Assembly: GCA_051294375.1 (NCBI GenBank)
Contig: CM119269.1
Coordinates: 16,513,818-16,577,817 of the forward strand
DNA: 64,000 nt
Reading direction: 5' to 3'
Source of the DNA: Paraspadella gotoi
Taxonomy: Eukaryota; Animalia; Chaetognatha
Shown in pieces: positions 53,760 through 64,000 of the stretch (within the stretch, counting starts at the first letter, position 1; every line of letters starts with the position of its first letter). A program made the position numbers and the translations under genes. The notes under the pieces were generated by a model. It was not told the DNA's origin. It ran no database searches and saw only the letters and a list, made by a program, of their open reading frames with translations.

Positions 53760-55526
53760 TTCTAACCTTTTCTTTTCCGCTTCGGTCTCTATTGACAGAT
53801 ATTGCAGCTCCAGACTTTCAGTTCGACGACCGAAGAGACTTTCGGCTCCTCTAGAGTTTTCCGCCCGCCGATTTTTCTGCACTCTGGCGTCCGACGCCGA
53901 ATAGTTCGGATTTTTTTCGTTTCTTTCTTTTTTCTTGGCCACGCGTTCGTTCGTCACTTGATATTTCTTTCCACTTTATATTTGTCGATAATGTTTAAAT
54001 TTTCGTCGTTTTCGTTTTTCTTTTTTTAATTTTCTCTCACATCTAAAACCTTAACTTCCTCTCTCTCTCACTCTAGCTCTTCCAACTCTCTCTCTGTATT
54101 CTCTCTTCGCGGGCGTGCTTCTTCGCCGACGGCGCCATGGCGTCAAAACGAGAGCGCGCGTGCGACGGCGAGAGAGAGACAGAGAGAGAGAGAGAGCAAA
54201 CCGCTTCTGCTGTTCACGTGCCGGTTAAATTGATGTTATCCCTTAAGGAAACGCGGGCGCGCGCCGAGATCTTCCGCCCGCGATATCTCCCGCTCTTCCG
54301 GCGACAGGTTCCGGGAGACGGAACTGGTCGTCCGACAGAGAGTGGAGAACGCTGGTAGGCGTGGACCGGATGGTGGCGCTCGTTATGCCGAGAAAATAGG
54401 AAGTCTACGGTGATGGAAAAGACGAAGACGACGACGAATGTGCAACAGCTCGTGCGAGAGTGGCCTGCGGGGTGTGGAAAGAAAAATACGTGGGTGAAAA
54501 AACGAGAATATAACTAAGTAATATGCTGTTATATAATATTATATCCCTGATAAAAAATGTTTTTCGAGTTTTTTTATCTTTTGATCTATATAGTTTGACC
54601 TTATGATTGCAAATAAATTAAACATTTCGTTTATCTTAACTTTTTTACCTGTTTGAAACTACTTGCACAGTGCAATGTGCCAAAAAATTACGAATTCTAA
54701 ATTCAAAATCAAACTAAGACTTAAACAGTTGACAATAAAAAGATACATACCCTTCCCTTTTAAAAGAGAAAAAAACAGATTTGATGGTAGGCTTATACAA
54801 TAATAGTTAACAGTTATCGGTGTGGCCATATCTAAGAGCTCTAATTATATGATACATGTATTTATATAAAGAATAATATATTTAGAAATACATATTTAAT
54901 TCCCAAGCCAAGAAAACTTAATAATGGTATTTGGAAACTTGTCTTTTAAGTTTTACCCAAATCAGTTTGACAATGATAAATCTATTTCTAAATTTAATTG
55001 AAACTTACCTTTCCCTTTTGCGAAATAAAAACAAAAGAAAAGAGCAATAACTTATAAGAATTTTAAACAATTTACTATTTTAAACTGTTTACTGTTTAAA
55101 ATTTAAATGATAACGTTCGTGACGCCGGAAAATCAAAGAGTAAAAAATAAGTTAAATGCAACTAATCCAATTTTTTCAACTCGATATTCAAGAACAACGT
55201 ACATACATTCGGCGTGCTTGATTTTTTTGTGATCATTTCGAAGTATAACACCCTTGTCGTAACCGTCCCAGCTTGCTAACCATCCTCATTGCTCGAACCA
55301 AGCCTGTTTATTCCACATGCCACCATTCGCCGCTCACACGCCACCCACATCACACCCTATCGCCACACACACGCCACCCACATCCCGCCCACTCGCCGCC
55401 CACTCGCCAACCGCAGAACCGGAAATGTTCGGTTATCGACCATGGCGATCCGTGACCGGAGCCGTTACGCTCGGAAGATTTGGCTTTGCCTTCTCTTGGA
55501 TCTTAATAAGAGAAAGAAAATTCCGA

Positions 55527-55620
<94 letters not shown>

Positions 55621-58045
55621 TATTTTTTGTCCATTATTCTCACTATTCTTATGTCTTTCTCTTTTCTCTTTGGAACATTAAGTTTAATTTATTATCAGAG
55701 TACATACATAACTTTATCGAATCATTTAACCATTGACCGTCAGAGCTCCTGCAACAGCTTTAACGTCAATAGAAGAGTCGCAATCTGTATTTTTAAATTT
55801 CATGGCGACGATAAAAAAAGCGCAATAATATTGGAATTCTGCATATCGTGTATTATTCATGCAGCACGCGGGGACCCTGAAATTCGAATTTTCGGAGGTC
55901 AAAGCGAGATGCTTGGCAACAACAAGCGATGGATAAAATATCTCCAAAGCAGCGATGAAGGGGGTGGAGCTATTCATTCATAATTCAAAAGCCATCTCTT
56001 TATATTTTAATATTTACAATTTTCATGAGAGACATCTTGCAGCGTTTGAATATATCGGCCACGGTCCAACGCCAGATTCCCACCCTTGAGACCGAGAAAG
56101 AGGGATGGGGAGAAATGTAGAGAAAAAAAAAAGTTTATGTAAAAAAGTTTTTGGCTGCTTTAAAAACTAGTTTAAAAAAAAAAAAATTGAGCTGGTTTTA
56201 AATATGGCGCCTGGTTAAAGCCTGATTGATATAAAACAGACAAAGGTTTTTCCCTTCTTTTTACTTTCTGACAGAACAAAAAAAAGTTTGGCATAAAACT
56301 GAGGTTTAAACGCCCATACCATTTTGGCTTTTACGTGCTGATGGTTAACAAGGCTTAGAAAACTCGAGTAAACTGCGACTTTGTTTTAACATAAAGAAAA
56401 ATTTTAAAAATTTTTTCAAGTCTTTTTTGTGCCTATTTTCCACTTCATTAAATTTAAAATGGTTCCGTAGTTCCATAGTTCATCAGCAATCCACGTGTCT
56501 CATTAATTTTTCTCCTTGATTTTATTACGCCCTAAATCACGGAAAATTGTTCGACGCCACTGAGATTAAAATTCAAGAGCATACCACTTTCTCGTTACAA
56601 CATTCGACACGAAACCGTTTTACATCTTTCGTCTGGGAATTGATTCCTGAACAATCGATAAAGGCGCATTGCGCATTAGGGTGGAGTGATGAAAAGATTG
56701 AGTGATTGAACATTATTTTTTTGCTGCCTATGGACATATAATTATTGAATTTTAAATCCTTTTAAAAAATTTTTTAGCATAACAGTATAGCAAATTCAAT
56801 TATTTATGTAGTATTATCCTTATAAAATCGTCAAATTTCAAAATAATTTTTTTTTATTTTTAAGAACTGATTTGGATTCGCTTTAAAAAACTAAGAAACT
56901 TTTATAAAATATGTTATATGATATTTTAATGTTTAGATCACAAAAAATGACTAAAACGTTTTAACATATATAAGTTTCTACTACAGAGAATAAAAAAGTC
57001 AGGAATTTTTACCTTTTTTCTTATTTTAAACATTAAGATGACAGAATTTTTGATAACATATTTTATATTTTTGATTCAACTTTTTATGAAGAATCTGAAT
57101 CTTTAATAAAAGTTTTATAAAAATTATTTTTAAAATTTACTATTTTATATGGATATTACTACAAATATATTATATTTTACTATTCTGTTCCCGAGATAAT
57201 ATGATCAAAATATTTTTTGTACTAGTTAATCATACTGTCTCACATCTAAATATCATTGTTCGATCATTCAAATAAATTTTTTGTTCTTGAGTGCTCCACT
57301 CTATTGCGCATGCGCTGATGAGATCGCTCCCCGAGGGATTGACATAAACTGGCGGACTGAAATCGAAGCCCCAGCAATTAAGGCAGACTTGGCCCAAAAA
57401 TCGGAGCCGGACGGAAGCGGTCGTCGCCAACTCATCAAATACGTGGATCGTGAAGGGAAAGAAGGCCAAAGACATCAAAGGCAGAAAACGACCTGAACCC
57501 TGACGAACCAATGGCAAAGGAGACCGAAGCTTAAGTGACGAAAACGGTTGGCAAATTATATCAATGATTTAAATTGACCTTTTAGTTAAAAAAATATTTT
57601 AGTGAATAACTTTTTTATGATATACATATCGTAATAATTATTAAAAAAAACGTTAAAAACGTGAAGGTAATGAACGAACAAAGCCAAACAGCGTGGAGGC
57701 GTTAAAAGCAACCAAGCGGAAAAGAATCCGAAAAGTATCAGTCCAAAGACTAACTAAAGATCCTCTTGTCCAAAAAGCAAAAGACAAACGACAAAAAGTC
57801 GTCGGGAGAATTCCAAGGAGTTTTTAAGTTGTTAAAAAGTCGCCAAACATTTTTGAGTTTGTGGGAAGAGAGGTTAAGTTGAGGATAAAGTAAAATTTCT
57901 ATGGGACAATCTAAACTATTGATTAAAAGTAATTCCAAACTAAATTTTATCAGCGTGAACGAAAGGTTCCGATAAAATTAGCCAATTTTCTTCGTGCGTT
58001 TGTCTCGCGCAGAATTTTCTAGATTTTCAATCAGGATTATTTTGC

Positions 58046-58086
<41 letters not shown>

Positions 58087-58687
58087 CTGTTCCCACGCAC
58101 TCCCCTGTTTGATACGAGGCTCACGTCGTCGCTCTGATATCATTTTTTATTCCGGGTCCATTCTTGTCGTATCCTTCATGAAGTTTCTCACTACGATCGG
58201 CCCCTCCCGCTTTCCACATTCTCTAGCTCTCTCTCAGTCCATTCCACCTCCCCCCAACTCCTCTTCAACACCCCTCCCTTCCACTTCCGCTCCGCACGTC
58301 GCGCCGCCCACCGTCGAGCTACGAGTTCTACAACTCCCTGCCTCAATTTGTCGGTGCCAGCCATCGGCTCTTGATTTATTACAATTTTATCAGTGGATTC
58401 TTCGTCTTCTTCTCTCTCTCTCTCTCAACTCTCTCTCTCTCTGTCTAACTGTCTCTTCTTTCTCTTTTACTGTCTCTCTCAAATGTATTTTACGTAGAAA
58501 TTTGCACTAAAGTTATTGTCATTGAAAACGGGATGGAGAGAGAGAGGGAGACGTAAAGACAAAGAGTCAATTTTTGGTGCAACTGAGATATCGGTTAAAT
58601 ATGACTCTATTCCGATGTTTACTCACGATTAAATACGTCGAAGAAAAAACGATCACGATCCATGATTAGTTTCAGTCTAAATCACAG

Positions 58688-58752
58688 ATCTCACAATTCA
58701 CATCTCACAATTCACATCTCACAATTCACAATTCTTATCTCACGATTCACAT
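58688..58752. repeat. 14-bp tandem repeat (atctcacaattcac)n
   Basis: About four degenerate units. Confidence 0.8.
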
Positions 58753-59227
58753 TTTAAAATTCTCAATCCTAATTCAACTTCTTTTCCCGCCAGGCGAGAC
58801 GGAGCCTTACCGGCCCAGCTCACTCATCATTTGCCTCACTTTCAACCCACCTTTTAAACTCGACTCGTACCAACCGCTATCCTCCACTTTCTTTAGCGAA
58901 CTCAAACTACTCTTCCATTTAAATACCCACCCTGACATCCAGCCCTACCTACCCTTCCTACTCGCCCGCCCCCCCCTCTCCAAAGGACGAACGACGGGAA
59001 TTCCCTCGACGGGGATTTTCTCTCGATTCTTTTTCCTTTTTTTTTCTTTTTTTTCTTTTTTTTTCTTTTATTTTTGTTGGCTCCGACTCTTTTTTCTTTT
59101 TTTTCTCCTTTTCCAATTTCTTTTCCATAAAAAATTGTTAAAAAACTTTCATCTTCCTTTTTTTTCCTTTGACTTTCGGCCTCTGAGTCAAAAAGAAGGG
59201 CATGGACCGCTGGCAGCCATTCCTTTC

Positions 59228-59259
<32 letters not shown>

Positions 59260-59429
59260 CTTTCTTTTTTACCCTTAATTTTTTTAAAATCCTATCTGAA
59301 AGCGGGGCATCAGTCTGAATGTTAGTTCTTGTGAGAGGACAACCGATAAAAGGAATAAGTCCTTCAATGATCTGCGTTATCGTTGACCTTGAAATTTGAC
59401 TAAGAAACTTATTTATAACTGTATTTTTA

Positions 59430-59458
59430 TGATTGATTGATTGATTGAGATTGATTGA

Positions 59459-59505
<47 letters not shown>

Positions 59506-59514
59506 TATTTAATT

Positions 59515-59569
<55 letters not shown>

Positions 59570-59697
59570 TTGAATGATTGATTGATTGATTGATTGATGA
59601 TTGAATTGATTGATTGATTGAGATTGATTGATTATTGATTGATTGATTGATTGATTTATTTATTTTATAAATAATTAATTAATTTATTTATTTATTT
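59430..59697. repeat. Compound (GATT)n/(TATT)n microsatellite
   Basis: Seen directly. Confidence 0.9.
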
Positions 59698-59924
59698 TTT
59701 AACCTAACTAAAATTACTCAATATTGAATTTTGGGTTATGTAATCGCATTTCCAGACAGAGAGACCGACCGACCGACGCGAAAACTCGCGGCCAAACTCG
59801 AAAGATAAGGAATTCTTCCGTCTAAATTTAATGACGATTAGTAGGTACTAAGGGAAAAGGAAAGCTATGTACATAAAACAAGTTTAAACTGCCAAATTTT
59901 AGGGACTGAACGAGCAAAGAACAT

Positions 59925-60640
59925 TTTCAATAAGTTATCGCTAATGATACTTCATCTCATCGTCGCGAAGAAAGTGGGAATAATCAACGATCAACGACGT
60001 CTAATTAGTTTCATAACTTCACCTCTGAGAAAAAAAAGGAAAAAAATAATCGACCCTAAAATAACCGAAAATGGAAATACTAGTAAGGAAACAGCTTGGC
60101 TTTTTTAATCCTTATTATAATTTTAAAATAATGACTTTGTCGGAACCTTGTGCGCGTCTGTTTTTGAATCTTAATCCACTACTTAATTCAACTTCTGAAT
60201 AACTCATGACTCTACCGCTGAAGACTCTCGAATCTTGATTCGGGAATAAATGAGAAAATTTCTCGGAAATTCCTCTTCACCGTTGTACCTCCTTTGGGGC
60301 AAAGTTGACCTAAATTTTGATGCCACCTTTGACCCAAATTATCGTGTCATCTTCGACCGGATCGTTGTTCCACCTTTGACCAAATTATCTCCCCCCCCCC
60401 TTAAACCTTTTGCGCTTCCTCGCCCTAATCACTGGCGTCGCTCGATTGTTGCGCCATTTCCCACCAGACGCCTCAGCTATGCGAGCAGTTGAACCAAATT
60501 TCAGCGAACTTTTGTTCCACTTCTTTTTCGTGCGCTCTCTCTCTCTTCTCATCTCTCTCTCTCTCATCTCTCTTCTCTCTCCTCTCTCTCTCTTCTCTCT
60601 CTCTCTCTCTCTCTCTCTGCTCTCTCTCTCTTCTCTTCTC

Positions 60641-60678
<38 letters not shown>

Positions 60679-60820
60679 TCTCTCTCCTCTTTTCTGTTCA
60701 TTTTCCTTCGTTTTCACCGCATCGTTAATCACTCGTTCGCCCCTTCACGCGCGAACTATCATAAAAACAATTTTACTCTTTTCTTCCTCTCTTCTTTTCC
60801 TCCTCTCTCTCCTCTCCTCT

Positions 60821-60853
<33 letters not shown>

Positions 60854-62460
60854 TCTCTCTCGTCTCTCTCTCTCTCTCTCTCTTCCCAAACTTCATTTAT
60901 TCTTTCCGGCAAGGAAAGACTTTCGAGTTTTACCTTTTCGCTTCCATTTTCTGAATTTGCCGGAGCAAAAACCAATCATTCGTTTCCATTTTGTTTTCTC
61001 TTGGCGTTTTTCTCTTTTTTTTCGCTTCGGTGTCGCCTCACTTTTCCGTCTCGCTGGGGCACATTTTTTAGCGGCGAACCGACCAGGGAATAGTTGTTAA
61101 GAAGAGAAGAATATATATTTTGTATCTATAGATATTGCTTTTCCTTCAAAAACCATTTGAAAAATTTATATTTATATATAGATTTTATTATTTCCATTTT
61201 TATTTTATGTTTATCCAATTGGGCAACAACAACAACGACGACGACTAGAAGAAACAAGCGAAGCCATCCTTACTTTTGGCGAACCTACTTCCCTCGTTCT
61301 CGGTTCATTCACCGCCCTCTTTTCAAAATCCCTTCCCCGAGCCTTGAACCTTCGTCTTTATGCGTCTCCGGCAAGAGAGAGAGAGAGAGAAAGAGAGAGA
61401 GACGGACAGAGACAGAGAGAGAGAGAGGCTTTCGGGGCCTTGAACTAGAAAAGCATCGACGTCAAAGGCCTGGTTTTTTCCATCCTTCAGTTCGGTTCCG
61501 CCACCGTCTGGATCCGAGTCAAATTCCTCGCATGCTAAAACATTTAAATGATAAATGGTGTAAACAAAACTATGAACAATTTTATCAAGAAAGGATTCGT
61601 TGTACATACAAAATGATGCCCCAGCATCAACAATGGATGAAGAAAAAGTATACAAAAGGAAAACGAAAGAAAATAGAGAGAGAAAAACCTAAGCATAAGC
61701 GATAACAAAAGATAAACAAGCGATAGACAAAAAGGTGAAAAACAGAAAGGCAACAAAAAGATAAAGACCGTAAACAAAAAAAATTTCAACAAAAAAAAAN
61801 NNNNNNNNNNNNNNNNNNNNNNNNAGGAAAGAGAGAGAATTCGTTTCGAACTTACCTGGAACAAGTTTCCCCGCGTTGCTTAATTGGATTTCATTCGCGA
61901 GACGAGTTTTTGAACTCGTCCCACTGGCACTCCCCCCCCTGCTCTCCGCCCACCCCCCCCCTTCCCGACATCTTTTTGAAATTCGACTCGAGTTTTCGAG
62001 TCCATCTTTTTTTTTTTTGTTGAAATTTTTTTGTTTAACTGTCTTATATCTTTTTGTTGCTCTTCTGTTTTTCACCTTTTTGTCTATCGGCTTGTTATCT
62101 TTTGTTATCGCTTAGCTTAGGTTTTCTGCTCTCTATTTTTCTTTCGTTTTCCTTTTTGTATACTTTTTTCATGCCATTGTTGATGCTGGGGCATCAATTT
62201 TGTATGTACAACGAATCCTTTCTTGATAAAATTGTTTCATGAGTTTTGTTTACACCATTTATCATTAAATGTTTTAGCATGCGAGGAATTTGACTCGGAT
62301 CCAGACGGTGGCGGAACCGAAACTGAAAGGATGGAAAAAACCAGGCCTTTGACGTCGATGCTTTTCTAGTTCAAGCCCCGAAAGCCTCTCTCTCATCTCT
62401 TGTCCTTCTGTCGCGTCTCTCTCTCTCTCTCTCTCTCATCTCTTCTCTCATCTCTGCTCT

Positions 62461-62515
<55 letters not shown>

Positions 62516-63026
62516 CCGAGACGCAATAAAGACGAAGGTTCAAGGCTCGGGGAGGGATTTTTAAAAAGAGGTGGTCGGGTGGAATGAACCGAGAACGAGG
62601 GAAGTAGGTTCGCCAAAGTAAGGAATGGCTTCGCTTGTTTGCTTCTAGTCGTCGTCCGTTGTTGTTGTTTGGCCGCAATTGATAAACATAACAATAAAAA
62701 TGGAAATAAATAAAATCTATATATAAATATAATTTTTCAAATGGGTTTTTGAAGGAAAAGCAATATCTATAGATTACAAAATATATATTCTCCTCTCTTA
62801 AGCAATATCCCTGTCGGTTCGCGCCGCTAAAATGTGCCCCCAGCGAGAACGGAGAAGAGCTGAGGCGACACGAAGCGAAAAAAAAGAGAAAAAACGCAAG
62901 AGAAAACAAAATGGAAACGAATGATGGTTTTTTGCTGCCGCAATTCAGAAAATGGAAGCGAAAGGTAAAAACTCGAAAGTCTTTCTTGCCGGAAAAGAAT
63001 AAATGAAGTTTGGGAAGAGAGAGAAG

Positions 63027-63065
<39 letters not shown>

Positions 63066-64000
63066 AGAGAGGAGAGAGAGAGAGGAGAAGAGAGCAAAAG
63101 AGAGGAAGAAAAGAGTAAAATTGTTTTACATGATAGTTAACGCGTGAAGGGGCGAACGAGTGCATTAACGATGCGGTGAAAAGCGAAGGAAGATAAAGAA
63201 AAGAGGAGAAGAAGAGAGAGAGAGAAAGAGAGAGAAGAGAGAGAGAGAGAGAGAAGAGAGAAAGAGAAGAGAGAAGAGAAGAGAGAAGAGAGAGAGAGAA
63301 AGAGAAGAGAGAGAGAGAGAAAGAGAGGAGAGAGAGAGAGAGAGAGGAGAGCGGCAAAACAGAAAAAGAAGTGGAAGCAAAAGTTCGCGTGAAATTTGGT
63401 TCAACCTGCTCGGCATAGGCTGAGGCGTCTGGTGGGAAATGGCGGCAACAATGCGAGCGAACGCCAGTGATTAGTGGCGAGGAAGGCGCAAAAAGGTTTA
63501 AGGGGGTGGGGGGAGATAATTTGGTCAAGGTGGAAACAACGATCCGGTCGAAGAATGACACGATAATTTGGGTTCAAAGGAGGTCATCAAAATTTAGGTC
63601 AACTTTGCCCCAAGGAGGTACACGGTGAAGAGGAAATTTCCGCGAGAAATTTTTCTCATTTATTCCCGGAATCAAGATTCGAGAGTCTTCAGCGGTAGAA
63701 GTCATGAGTTATTCAGAAGTTGAATTAATGTAGTGATTAAAGATTGCAAAAACCAGACGGGCGCCACAAAGGTTTCCGACAAAGTCATTATTTTAAAAAT
63801 TATAATAAGGATTAAAAAAGCCAAGCTGTTTTCTTACTAGTATTTTCCATTTTCGGTTATTTTTTTAGGGTCCGATTATTTTTTTCGCTTTTTTTTCTCC
63901 AGAGGTGAAGTTATGAAAACTAATTAGACGTCGTTGATCGTTGATATTCCCTGTTCTCGCGACGATGAGATTAAGTATCATTAGCGATAACTTATTGAAA
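59925..64000. repeat. Inverted duplication with arms of at least 1.9 kb (about 59925-61799 vs 62008-64000), probably an artefact
   Basis: The arms are reverse complements with indel noise; a 25-N gap lies at 61800-61824; the right arm runs to the window edge. Confidence 0.9.

Noticed and set aside
57316-57370. Hammerhead ribozyme core (CTGATGAG...GAAA)
   Set aside because: The three required stems could not be formed by eye.
57281-57496. Short coding-like ORF
   Set aside because: No recognisable motif, no ATG start and no convincing splice sites.

Overview
Eukaryotic (invertebrate animal) draft-assembly window, AT-rich and dense in (GA)n and other microsatellites, with 11 N-gaps. Two genes are clearly recognisable. 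The last four coding exons of an adenosine kinase lie on + (1185-2309). A spliced Shaw/Kv3 (KCNC) voltage-gated K+ channel lies on - (10 exons, 44391 to about 30146, about 495 aa, with one GC-AG intron). Several GC-rich, splice-site-bounded, phase-compatible exon candidates on the Shaw strand (4.6-29.6 kb and 53-62 kb) may encode alternative low-complexity C- and N-termini, and one of them has an in-frame UGA-C that is a candidate for stop-codon readthrough. Two multi-kb inverted duplications and two direct duplications each abut an exactly 25-N gap and differ mainly by indels, so they are most likely long-read gap-filling artefacts. No tRNA, rRNA, CRISPR array or intact mobile element was seen. 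All gene models were assembled by eye and no searches were run.
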